Positions 10,282-19,418 of a DNA stretch of 64,000 bases are shown here, piece after piece. The notes under the pieces were generated by a model. That model ran no database searches, was not told the DNA's origin, and saw only the letters and a list, made by a program, of their open reading frames with translations. A program made the position numbers and the translations under genes. Location: NCBI GenBank assembly GCA_963727005.1, contig CAVSEO010000005.1, positions 412,923 to 476,922 of the forward strand. Direction: 5' to 3'. Positions within the stretch are counted from its first letter, which is position 1; each line of letters opens with the position of its first letter. This stretch comes from an uncultured Chloroflexia bacterium (GTDB lineage: Bacteria; Chloroflexota; Limnocylindria; Limnocylindrales; CSP1-4).

Positions 10282-11409
10282 ATGGCCGGCAACGATCACG
10301 CGAGAGGCGTCGTCGTGCTGCTGGGCGGGCCTTCGGCAGAGCACGACGTCTCCGTCGTCTCGGGCTGGGCCATCGCGGACGCACTGACGGAGGCCGGGCT
10401 GACCGTGGAGCGGATCTACATCGACCTGCTGGACGGCTGGTGGTCCATTCCCGCCGCCGCGTCGGTGGGCCGGCCGCGTCCCGGAGCGTTCGACGATCCG
10501 CGGTCGCTCGGGGCGCAAGGGCCCAGGACCCCGGCCCAGGCCCTCGAGGAGATCGCGCGCCGGAAGACGCCGCCGATCGTCTTCCCGGCTCTGCATGGTC
10601 CGTTCGGCGAGGATGGGACGATCCAGGCCCTGCTCGAGGCGTACGACCTTCCCTACGCCGGCGCCGGTGTCGCGGCCTCGGCGGTAGCGATGGACAAAGC
10701 GCTGTACAAACGGCTCGTCAGAGGCCTCGGCATCAAAGTCGTCGAGTGGGTGGAAGTGACGGCCGGCCGCTGGGCGGCCGACCGGCAGGGTGTCCTGGAC
10801 GAACTCGAGACCTTCTCCGAGCGCTGCGGCGAGCGCCGGCTGATGATGAAGCCCGCGCGAATGGGGTCGTCGGTCGGAATGACGATCGCGCATTCCGCCG
10901 CCGAGCGAGGCCCGGCGCTCGACGAGGCCTTCCGCTTCGATACCCTGGCGATCGTCGAGCGCTACCTGGACCACCCGCGGGAGCTCGAGGTGGCCGTCGT
11001 CGGCAACGACCCGCAGGCCCTCGGAGTATTCGGCCCGGGCGAGGTCTTCCCGGGTCGCGAGTTCTACGACTATGTCGCCAAGTACAGCGACGGCGTGTCC
11101 GAGACGACGACCCATGCCGATATCGACGAGGCCCTGGGCCGGCGAGTTCGCGAGACGGCCCTGGAGGCGTACCGGGCCGTCGGCTGCGAGGGGTTCGCCC
11201 GGGTCGATTTCCTGCTCGCCGGCGACGAGCTGTACCTGAACGAGCTCAATACGATCCCGGGCTTCACGCCCATCAGTCTCTTCCCCCAGGTGGCGGCCGC
11301 CGGGCTCGGCAGCTTCGAGGCGGTGTGCCTCCGCATCGTCGAATTGGCCGAGCAGCGCCATGCCGGGCGCGTCCGGCGACGGTTGACCGCCGCCGACCTT
11401 CCTCGCTGA
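10282..11409 (+). CDS. ddl: D-Ala--D-Ala ligase (start may be 10258)
   Basis: GGPSAEHDVSVVSG, LHGPFGEDG, MDKAL, GSSVG, ARVDFL and NELNTIPGFT motifs. Confidence 0.95.
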   Translation: MAGNDHARGVVVLLGGPSAEHDVSVVSGWAIADALTEAGLTVERIYIDLLDGWWSIPAAASVGRPRPGAFDDPRSLGAQGPRTPAQALEEIARRKTPPIVFPALHGPFGEDGTIQALLEAYDLPYAGAGVAASAVAMDKALYKRLVRGLGIKVVEWVEVTAGRWAADRQGVLDELETFSERCGERRLMMKPARMGSSVGMTIAHSAAERGPALDEAFRFDTLAIVERYLDHPRELEVAVVGNDPQALGVFGPGEVFPGREFYDYVAKYSDGVSETTTHADIDEALGRRVRETALEAYRAVGCEGFARVDFLLAGDELYLNELNTIPGFTPISLFPQVAAAGLGSFEAVCLRIVELAEQRHAGRVRRRLTAADLPR

Positions 11410-11416
11410 GGCCGAG

Positions 11417-12565
11417 ATGAACCGGGTTGTGCCATCTCGCCGCTCCGGATCGCACGTGCGGCGCACGCCGGTGCGGCGAACCGGGCCGCGCCTGCGCTCG
11501 GTTCAGGTGCTCGCCGGTTTGTTCATGGCAGCCTGCGCGGCCGGATTCCTGGGCGTCAGCTCCGCCCCGGCGTTCGATGCCCGAACCCTGGAGATCCACG
11601 GCGCCACGTTCACGAGCGAGACGATCATCCGATCGATCGTAGGTGTGGCCGATTCGCCCAACCTGTTCCGAATCCACACGGATCGAGCGGCCGAGCAGCT
11701 CGTCCGGCTGCCGGCAGTCGAGTCGGCCAGCGTGCACGTCAGGCTGCCGTCCACGATCGTCGTGACGATCGTGGAACGGGAACCGAAGATCATCTGGGCG
11801 ATAGGCGATCGGCGCTACGCGGTGGATCAGGACGGGTTCCTTTTCGGGCTGGTGGACCAGGTCGGGAATCCGATCCCCTCGTCTGCCGGACCGCTGGCAG
11901 AGCCGACCGAGGCGATCGCGACTCCGACGCCTGCCGAGACCGCCTCGGGCGGAGGCTCGCCGGAGATCGAGAGCCCGACCCCCACGGCCAGTCCCTCTCC
12001 CAAACCTACCCCGACGCCCAAGCCCAAGGCCACGCCGACGAAGAACCCCAAGGCCACGCCGACCAAGCCCGGAAAGGCCACGCCGTCGCCTTCGCCGACG
12101 CCGGTTCCGACGCCAACCCCGAACCCGTCGCTCATTCCTTCGCTCGCGCCTGCCCCGAGCGCGGATCCCAACGCCAGCCCCGGGACCGGGGCGCTGGCCC
12201 TGCCCGTTGTCTTCGACCGCCGCTCGGAAGATGCCGGCCTGGACCTCGGCGGCGTCATCGACCCGGTCAACCTCGACGCCGGCTTCCGCATCGCCGGTCT
12301 GAAACCGGTCGACGTCGGCAGCAATGCCACTGCCCTGGCGGTCGTACTCGACGATGACAACGGCTTCACGCTCAGCTCCGTGCCGACGGGCTGGGTGGCG
12401 CAGTTCGGCTTCTACGCCCCGACGGTCCGCCAGGTGACGGTCATACCGACCCAGGTCCGGGACCTGCGATCGGCCCTATACGAATGGGGCGAGGGCAAGG
12501 TTGCCTGGGTCCGATTGGTCTCGGACGTCAGCCAGAATCATGTCGATACGGTCACCCTCCGCTAG
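11417..12565 (+). CDS. ftsQ: FtsQ/DivIB-like protein with ~95-aa Pro/Thr-rich insertion
   Basis: Basic N-terminus, one TM, POTRA-like segment ending LPSTIVVTIVEREP; position between ddl and ftsA. Confidence 0.8.
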   Translation: MNRVVPSRRSGSHVRRTPVRRTGPRLRSVQVLAGLFMAACAAGFLGVSSAPAFDARTLEIHGATFTSETIIRSIVGVADSPNLFRIHTDRAAEQLVRLPAVESASVHVRLPSTIVVTIVEREPKIIWAIGDRRYAVDQDGFLFGLVDQVGNPIPSSAGPLAEPTEAIATPTPAETASGGGSPEIESPTPTASPSPKPTPTPKPKATPTKNPKATPTKPGKATPSPSPTPVPTPTPNPSLIPSLAPAPSADPNASPGTGALALPVVFDRRSEDAGLDLGGVIDPVNLDAGFRIAGLKPVDVGSNATALAVVLDDDNGFTLSSVPTGWVAQFGFYAPTVRQVTVIPTQVRDLRSALYEWGEGKVAWVRLVSDVSQNHVDTVTLR

Positions 12566-12700
12566 GCCGCCTCAGGCGCGCCAAGTGGGCTCTGCACGGC
12601 CGGGTTGCCCGGCCTCCCTCGGGTCGGTTAGCCTTGACCAAGACTCCGGAATCGACAGGTGCCGTCGGCCGGCCCACCGTAGCAACGAGGACGGGAGCGA

Positions 12701-13933
12701 GTGGAACGCGAAGCAGTGCTCGTCGGTATCGATGTCGGCACCAGCAAGGTCTGCGCTCTCATCGGAGAGGTGGCCCGCGACGGCAGCCTGACGATCGTCG
12801 GCAAGGGGGTCGTGCCCGCCATCGGCCTGCGGCGGGGGGTGGTGGTCAACATCGACCAGACCGTCCGGTCCATCGCCGGGGCAGTCGACCACTCGGAGCG
12901 GCTGTCCGGCTACCAGATCGATCGGGCCTTCGTAGGCGTGGGCGGGCAGAACGTCGAGAGCCAGAACTCGCGCGGAGCCGTGGCCGTGAGCGGCCACAGG
13001 CACGAAGTCATGCGCGAGGACGTGAACCGGGCCCTGGAAGTCGCCCGCGCCGTGTCCATCCCCTCGAACCGCGAAGTCCTGCACGTGCTGCCCCGCGGTT
13101 TCATCGTCGACGGCCAGGAGGGCGTCAAGGACCCGCTCGGCATGAGCGCGATCCGCCTCGAGATCGAGACCCACATCGTGACCGCGGCCGCGACCGCGGT
13201 GCGGAACCTGGCCAAGTGCGTCCAGGCCGCGAACGTCAAGATCGACGAGCTTGTCGCGGGCTCGCTCGCTTCGGGGGAGTGCGTCCTCTCCGACACGGAG
13301 CGGGACCTGGGCGTGGCCGTGGCCGACATCGGCGCCGGCACGATAGACCTGGCTCTCTTCCTGGACGGTTCGCCGTTCAAGACCGTCGTCCTGCCGGTCG
13401 GCGGCAACAACGTCACGAACGACCTGGCCATCGGCCTCAAGACCAGCCTGGAGATAGCCGAGGAACTGAAGATCCAGCACGGCAGCTGCGATCTGTCGAC
13501 GGTCGCCAACGACGACCTGATAAGCGTGTCGATGCTCGGCGAGACGGCCGGCCGGACCATCAGCCGCGTCGACGTGTGCCGCATCATCCAGGCTCGGATG
13601 CGCGAGACGTTCGAGATGCTCGCGGCGGAGATCCTGGCCGCGGGCGACGGGATACTTCCTGCCGGCGTCGTGCTTACCGGCGGCGCCTCTCAGCTGGCGG
13701 GCGCGGCGGCCTTCGGTCGAGAGGTGATGAACATGCCGGTCCGGGTGGCCGGCCCGACAGGCGTCGGCGGCTTGACCGACAACATAATGAACCCCGCCTA
13801 CAGCACGGCCATCGGCCTGCTCTACTGGGGCGCGAAGGCACTGGAATCGGGCGAGGCCACGCGCTTCGAGTCGGCCCCCGCTTCCGGTCTGCTCGGGCGC
13901 GTAAAGGACGGTCTGGGCCACTTCCTGCCCTGA
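12701..13933 (+). CDS. ftsA: Cell division protein FtsA
   Basis: GIDVGTSKV, VADIGAGT, GGNNVTNDLA and VLTGGASQL motifs. Confidence 0.96.
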   Translation: MEREAVLVGIDVGTSKVCALIGEVARDGSLTIVGKGVVPAIGLRRGVVVNIDQTVRSIAGAVDHSERLSGYQIDRAFVGVGGQNVESQNSRGAVAVSGHRHEVMREDVNRALEVARAVSIPSNREVLHVLPRGFIVDGQEGVKDPLGMSAIRLEIETHIVTAAATAVRNLAKCVQAANVKIDELVAGSLASGECVLSDTERDLGVAVADIGAGTIDLALFLDGSPFKTVVLPVGGNNVTNDLAIGLKTSLEIAEELKIQHGSCDLSTVANDDLISVSMLGETAGRTISRVDVCRIIQARMRETFEMLAAEILAAGDGILPAGVVLTGGASQLAGAAAFGREVMNMPVRVAGPTGVGGLTDNIMNPAYSTAIGLLYWGAKALESGEATRFESAPASGLLGRVKDGLGHFLP

Positions 13934-13943
13934 CGCCCGGACG

Positions 13944-14348
13944 ATGAAGACCGCCGAGCTGTCGATCCAGACCGGGCGCCGCCGCGGGCTCTACGACCTG
14001 ACGGCCGCCTGCGAGGAGTTCGTGGCCGGCGAGGGCGACGGGCTGCTCGTCGTCTTCGTGCCCCACGCCACCGCCGGGATCGTCGTCGTCGAGCTCGGTG
14101 CAGGCTCCGACGCCGATCTGATGACGGTCCTGGACCGGCTCCTGCCCCGGGACGAACGATGGGTCCATCGCCACGGCGCCCCCGGCCACGGTGCGGATCA
14201 CCTCGTGCCGATGGTGGCCTCGCCCTCGCTCACGGTGCCGGTCCTCTCGGGCCGGCTGACCCTGGGCACCTGGCAGTCGATTGCCCTCCTCGACCCCAAC
14301 TCGGACAACGCCTCCCGAGCCGTCAGACTGACTTTCGTGGCCGGCTGA
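13944..14348 (+). CDS. yjbQ: YjbQ/UPF0047 family protein (secondary thiamine-phosphate synthase family)
   Basis: VPHATAG, HGADH and LGTWQSIALLD motifs. Confidence 0.9.
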   Translation: MKTAELSIQTGRRRGLYDLTAACEEFVAGEGDGLLVVFVPHATAGIVVVELGAGSDADLMTVLDRLLPRDERWVHRHGAPGHGADHLVPMVASPSLTVPVLSGRLTLGTWQSIALLDPNSDNASRAVRLTFVAG

Positions 14349-14412
14349 AAGCAGCCCGCCGGGCGTGCGAATCGGCAAGATTCGCGATTTGGCGCGATTC
14401 CGGCCGTTTTGT

Positions 14413-14426
14413 CGAACGCACGTTCG
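14413..14426. promoter_or_regulatory. LexA-type (Gram-positive/Chloroflexota GAAC-N4-GTTC) operator upstream of ftsZ
   Basis: CGAAC-GCAC-GTTCG, within the longer inverted repeat GTCGAACG-CA-CGTTCGAC (14411-14428). Confidence 0.6.
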
Positions 14427-14490
14427 ACCGTTCTTCATGAAGAACGCGTTTCGGTGTGCGATTTGCGGCCCCAATTCGCCGGTTCCGGCG

Positions 14491-14496
14491 TATACT
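14491..14496 (+). promoter_or_regulatory. Putative sigma70 -10 element of the ftsZ promoter
   Basis: TATACT in a GC-rich intergenic region about 110 nt upstream of the ftsZ ATG. Confidence 0.55.
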
Positions 14497-14603
14497 GTCG
14501 GCATCCGAGCCAGCCCCGTTACGCGCTAGTGCTCTACCTGATCTCGGGGGGGCCGGACCGAACGACAAAACACATCAGCCGGAGAGCCACCGGAGGATCA
14601 GGA

Positions 14604-15854
14604 ATGCCGCTACGGTCCGATTCCGAGAACTTTGCGCTGATCCGTGTGATCGGCGTGGGCGGCGGCGGTAGCAACGCCGTCAATCGCATGATCCAGGCCG
14701 AGATGATGGGGGTGGAGTTCATCGCCTGCAACACGGATGCGCAGGCTCTTCTCCAATCCGACGCCCCTCACAAGATCCGGATCGGCGACAAGATCACGCG
14801 TGGCCTGGGCGCGGGCGGCGACGCCTCGATCGGCCAGCGGGCGGCCGAAGAGGACTCCGAGAAGATCACGGAAGCCCTGGCCGAATCTGACATGGTCTTC
14901 ATCACGGCCGGATTGGGCGGCGGCACTGGCTCTGGCGCTGCCCCGATCGTGGCCGAGATCGCCAAGGACCTCGGCGCCCTGACAATCGGCGTAGTCACCA
15001 AGCCGTTCAGCTTCGAAGGCGCGCGCCGCAAGCTGGTCGCCGAGAGAGCTGCCGACGAGCTCCGGGAGAAGGTCGACACGCTGATCACGATCCCGAACGA
15101 CCGCCTTCGCGACGTCGTCCAGAAGAACACGTCGATCATCGAGGCCTTCCGCTTCGTCGATGACGTGCTGCGCCAGGGCGTCCAGGGGATCAGCGACATC
15201 ATCACCGTCCCGGGCATCATCAACCTCGACTTCGCCGACGTGCGGGCCGTCATGAAGGACGCCGGATCGGCCCTGATGGGGATCGGCCGGGCGAGCGGCG
15301 ACAACCGCGCCCTGGAGGCTGTGCGCCAGGCGATCGCCAGCCCGCTCCTCGAGGTCAACATCAACGGTGCGCAGGGAATCCTCTTCAACATCGCGGGATC
15401 GTCGAACCTCAGCCTCTTCGAGGTGACCGAGGCCGCGGACGAGATCCGCTCGGTTGCGGACCCGGAGGCGAACATCATCTTCGGCACCAGCCTGGATGGG
15501 CATCTGGCGGACGAAGTCATGATCACGGTGATCGCCACGGGCTTCGATCCCAGCCACAAGCGCGAGTCGTCGCGCATCGAGGCCAGTCAGCGGACGCCGG
15601 TCGATGTCCATGCCTCGCCCTATGACGGCGTCGACTTCCTGCACGAGCTTGGGCGCCCGCGGCCGAGTCCCGTTGAGGCGGTCCGCATCCAGAGCTACGG
15701 ACCGGCAGGTCTCCCCGAGCGCCAGCCGGTCCCGGTTCCGGTTGCCCCGACCCATCGGCCCGCGCCGGACCTGTCCTCGCGCCGTGTCTACGACGACAGG
15801 GACCTGGAAATCCCGAGCTTCCTGCGGCGGCCGCCGGCGGAGGATCAGGTCTAG
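14604..15854 (+). CDS. ftsZ: Cell division protein FtsZ
   Basis: [31 protein letters not shown] and C-terminal LEIPSFLRR; SD GGAGG. Confidence 0.98.
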   Translation: MPLRSDSENFALIRVIGVGGGGSNAVNRMIQAEMMGVEFIACNTDAQALLQSDAPHKIRIGDKITRGLGAGGDASIGQRAAEEDSEKITEALAESDMVFITAGLGGGTGSGAAPIVAEIAKDLGALTIGVVTKPFSFEGARRKLVAERAADELREKVDTLITIPNDRLRDVVQKNTSIIEAFRFVDDVLRQGVQGISDIITVPGIINLDFADVRAVMKDAGSALMGIGRASGDNRALEAVRQAIASPLLEVNINGAQGILFNIAGSSNLSLFEVTEAADEIRSVADPEANIIFGTSLDGHLADEVMITVIATGFDPSHKRESSRIEASQRTPVDVHASPYDGVDFLHELGRPRPSPVEAVRIQSYGPAGLPERQPVPVPVAPTHRPAPDLSSRRVYDDRDLEIPSFLRRPPAEDQV

Positions 15855-15867
15855 GCCTCCGGCATCT

Positions 15868-16611
15868 TGCGCCCCGATCCCGCATCTGGACGCCGTCGCG
15901 GGATTGCGCGCCGCGCGATCCGCGGTTCTCGCCGCCGTTGCGGAAGCATGCGGCCGGGCCGGGCGCGACCCGGCAGATGTCCAGCTGGTCGCGGTCTCCA
16001 AGCTCGTCGCCGTCGACCGCATCAACGCGGCAGTTGCGGCCGGACTGACGGTCCTGGGAGAGAACCGCGTCCAGGAGGCCGAGTCCAAGGCACCCCACGT
16101 GCCGGGGGCGCACTGGCACCTCATCGGCCCCCTTCAATCGAACAAGGCTCGCCGGGCCGTGGAGTTGTTCGAGACGATCGAATCGGTCGACTCGGTCGAA
16201 CTGGCGCGAAAGCTCGATCGTCTGGCGGGCGAGTCACGCTCCTCGGCCCTGGCTGTCTACCTGCAGGTGAACGTCGATCGAGACGCGGCGAAGGCGGGCT
16301 TTCTGCCGGAGGTACTGGAGGCGGAGCTGCCGCGCATCGCCGAGCTGCCGAACCTGTCGTTGCGCGGGCTCATGACGGTCGGACGGCTCACCGGCTCGCC
16401 GGAGGAGGCCCGCCCTACATTCGTCCGTCTTCGCGACCTGTCGGTGCGGCTGCGGGGGGAGACGCCGGCACTGGGAGCCGGGCTTTCGATGGGCATGTCC
16501 GACGACTACACCGTGGCGGTTGAGGAGGGGGCGACCGTCATCCGGGTCGGCCGAGCGCTCTTCGGGCAGCGGCCCGGCCTGCCTGAGGGTCCCGGTGGGC
16601 GGGACCGCTAG
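15868..16611 (+). CDS. yggS: PLP homeostasis protein YggS (start uncertain)
   Basis: LVAVSK, LGENRVQE, WHLIGPLQSNK, GLMT, LSMGMSDDY and EEGATVIRVGRALFG motifs. Confidence 0.92.
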   Translation, partial: CAPIPHLDAVAGLRAARSAVLAAVAEACGRAGRDPADVQLVAVSKLVAVDRINAAVAAGLTVLGENRVQEAESKAPHVPGAHWHLIGPLQSNKARRAVELFETIESVDSVELARKLDRLAGESRSSALAVYLQVNVDRDAAKAGFLPEVLEAELPRIAELPNLSLRGLMTVGRLTGSPEEARPTFVRLRDLSVRLRGETPALGAGLSMGMSDDYTVAVEEGATVIRVGRALFGQRPGLPEGPGGRDR

Positions 16612-16646
16612 GGCGACAGGCAGTGAGCCGGCGCGATAATCGCACG

Positions 16647-16958
16647 ATGCGTCCCGGCTACCGCACACCCGACCGCACGCCCGCCTCGGTGAGATTCGCC
16701 GTCCGCTTGACGCCGCGCGCCGCCGCGGACCGCGTGGACGGCGTCTCCGATGAGGGCGTCCTGCAGGTTCGTGTCACAGCGCCCGCGGTGGAGGGAGCGG
16801 CCAACGCGGCCCTGGTCCGGCTCCTGGCCGACGAGCTGGATGTCTCGCGCAGCTCGATCCAGATGGTCGCCGGCGCGACGGGTCGCCACAAGCTGATCGT
16901 TGTGGACGGAGTCTCGCCCGATGAGGTGGCAGCTCGCTGGCCCGGGCTCAGGGTCTGA
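16647..16958 (+). CDS. yggU: DUF167/YggU family protein
   Basis: VRLTPRA, VRVTAPAVEGAANAALVRLLA and GATGRHK motifs. Confidence 0.88.
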   Translation: MRPGYRTPDRTPASVRFAVRLTPRAAADRVDGVSDEGVLQVRVTAPAVEGAANAALVRLLADELDVSRSSIQMVAGATGRHKLIVVDGVSPDEVAARWPGLRV

Positions 16959-16971
16959 AAGAGCACTGGGT

Positions 16972-17007
16972 GGTCCAGCGAGGCGCCCAGGTCCAGCGAG
17001 GCGCCCA
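16972..17007 (+). repeat. 18-bp tandem duplication GGTCCAGCGAGGCGCCCA x2
   Basis: Directly readable; lies just upstream of the tRNA promoter. Confidence 0.85.
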
Positions 17008-17033
17008 GGTTCCGCCGGGGAGCGGCGGATCGC

Positions 17034-17039
17034 TATAAT
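17034..17039 (+). promoter_or_regulatory. -10 element (TATAAT) for tRNA-Val
   Basis: Perfect consensus hexamer about 30 nt upstream of the tRNA. Confidence 0.65.
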
Positions 17040-17070
17040 CGGCCTCCGGCGCGCAAGGCGCCGCATCGGT

Positions 17071-17147
17071 GGGCGATTAGCTCAGCTGGTTAGAGCGCGC
17101 GGTTCACATCCGCGAGGTCACTGGTTCGAGTCCAGTATCGCCCACCA
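17071..17147 (+). tRNA. trnV: tRNA-Val (anticodon CAC)
   Basis: Acceptor stem GGGCGAT/ATCGCCC, D-arm AGCTCAGCTGGTTAGAGC, anticodon stem CGCGG/CCGCG with loop TTCACAT, GTTCGAG T-loop, encoded CCA. Confidence 0.97.
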
Positions 17148-17197
17148 TTTCCCCCGGTGATGCCGGCACCCGGCGGCAATCGAGGACGGACGCGGCC

Positions 17198-18852
17198 ATG
17201 GATAGACAGCTCCTTTCGGGCGACGAGGCGGTCGCCCTGGCGGCCCTGCATGCCGGGGTCGCGCTCGGGACGGGCTATCCCGGCACCCCCTCGACCGAGA
17301 TCCTCGAAGCCTTCGATGCCCTGGGCGGAAAGGCCCAGTGGGCGCCCAACGAGAAGGTGGCCCTGGAGGTCGGCCTCGGCGCCGCCTTCGGCAACGCCCG
17401 CGTCCTGGTGACGATGAAGCACGTCGGGCTGAACGTGGCCGCGGACCCGCTCTTCACCGCCGCATACACGGGCGTCAGCGGGGCGCTGATCGTGGTCACG
17501 GCCGACGATCCGGGGATGGCCTCCTCGCAGAACGAGCAGGACAACCGCCGCTATGCGATCGCCGCCGGGCTGCCGATGATCGAGCCGTCCGACTCGCAGG
17601 AGGCCTACGACTTCTTCTTCGCCGCCATCGGGATCTCCGAGCGCTGGCACATCCCGGTGCTCTTCCGGATGACGACGCGGGTATGCCACAGCAAGTCCGT
17701 GGTTACGCCGGGCGGCCACGACGCGGTCGCGGCCCCGCCGAAGCCGCATTTCGAGCACGACATCTCCGGCCGGGTCATGATCCCGGCCAATGCGCGGCCG
17801 GCGCACCGCCGGCTCCGGGCCAAGCTGACCGAGATCGCGGCCTGGGGCGAAGGGCCGGACGGCGATGCGCTCAACCGGGTCGAGCCGGGCAATGCCGCAC
17901 TGGGGATCGTCGCCGGCGGGGTCGCCTACCTGCACGCGGCCGAGGCCGCACCCGGGGCGAGCTTCCTCAAGGTCGGCCTTGTCAACCCGCTCCCCGTCGA
18001 GCGGGCGCGGGCCTTCGCCGCCTCCGTCGAGCGCTGCGTCGTGATCGAGGAGGGAGATCCGATTGTCGCCGACTCCCTCCGCGCCGCCGGAATCGACGTC
18101 GAATCGAAAGCCGAGATGTACCGCTTCGGCGAGCTGGACGTGGCGCGGGTCCGGCGCATCCTCGCGGGCGACACGTCTCCCGAACCCGCGCCGGCCCGCG
18201 GCAAGCCACCCGAGCTGTGCCCGGCCTGCCCGTACCACACCGTTTACGGCACGCTCCGGAAGCACGACTGCATCGTGGCCGGCGACATCGGCTGCTACAC
18301 CCTCGGCGTCCTGCCGCCGTACGAGGCCATGGACACGTGTGTGGCGATGGGCGCCTCTATCGGCGTGGGCCTCGGGCTGCGCCAGGTCCTGCCGCCCGAG
18401 GAGGCGCGTCGCGTCGTCTCGGTCATCGGCGACTCCACGTTCGTCCACTCGCGGTATCTCCGGCCTGGTCGAGATGGCCTACAACCCGCCGCCCGGCGGC
18501 CACGTCGTGATCGTCCTGGACAACGGCACGACCGCAATGACCGGCCAGCAGGAACACCCGGCCACGGGCCGCACGCTCGATCACCAGCCGACGGCGAAGC
18601 TCTCCATCGAAGCGGTCGCCTTCCGCCGTCGGCATCGGCAGCGTGACCGTCATCGATCCGTACGCGGACCCCGACGGGTTCGAGCGGTTGCTGGTCGAAC
18701 GCCTGGCTGCGCCCGAGCTTTCAGTCATCGTCGCCCGCCGGCCGTGCATCCTGGCCGCGGCCGACATTCGGAAGTGGGAGCAGCAGGCGGCAGAACTTCG
18801 GGCCAGGGCGCCCGAGCAAGCCGCCGCGGACCTGCCGATGGGGGATCAATGA
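17198..18852 (+). CDS. iorA: Indolepyruvate:ferredoxin oxidoreductase alpha subunit, frameshifted near 18450 and 18630; no C-terminal ferredoxin domain
   Basis: LLSGDEAVA, GYPGTPSTEI, NEKVALE, MKHVGLNVAAD, LCPACPY, GDIGCYTLG, VIGDSTF, LDNGTTAMTGQQ and ARRPC motifs. Confidence 0.9.
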
Positions 18853-19352
18853 GCGTCACCAACGTCGTCGTCGCCGGCCTCGGCGGCCAGGGGGTTATCA
18901 AGGCGTCGGACATCCTGGCCGACGCGGCCCTCCGATCCGGCCTGGACGTCAAGAAGGCCGAGGTCCACGGCATGAGCCAGCGCGGCGGATCGGTCACCTC
19001 GGACGTGCGCTTCGGCGCCACGCCGGCGGACCGCGTTCTGTCGCCCATGGTGCCCCGCGGCGAGGCGGACTTCCTGGTCGTCCTCGCCGAATCGGAGGTG
19101 GAGGTTGCGCGGGCGATGCTGCGGCCGGGCGGCGTCCTCCTTTCGCCGGACCTCATCCCCGATGCGGAGCTGCCCAACAAGCGCAGCCTGAACGTCGCCC
19201 TGCTGGGAGCTCTGAGCCGGTACCTGGACCTGCCGGCCGCGGCAATTCTCGAGGCGATGAGAGCGGCCCTGCCGGACCGACTCCATGCCGTGAACGAGCG
19301 GGCCTTCGAGCTGGGCCGAAACGGGGCCGCCGGGCGAGGCACAATCTCATAG
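18849..19352 (+). CDS. iorB: Indolepyruvate oxidoreductase beta subunit
   Basis: AGLGGQGVI and EVHGMSQRGGSV motifs; coupled to iorA (ATGA overlap). Confidence 0.9.
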   Translation: MSVTNVVVAGLGGQGVIKASDILADAALRSGLDVKKAEVHGMSQRGGSVTSDVRFGATPADRVLSPMVPRGEADFLVVLAESEVEVARAMLRPGGVLLSPDLIPDAELPNKRSLNVALLGALSRYLDLPAAAILEAMRAALPDRLHAVNERAFELGRNGAAGRGTIS

Positions 19353-19418
19353 ACGGGCGCTGGCCGGTTGTCGGTCCGGCCCCGGCCCACGAGGAAGTTC
19401 CATCCAGTCGAGGAGGGC

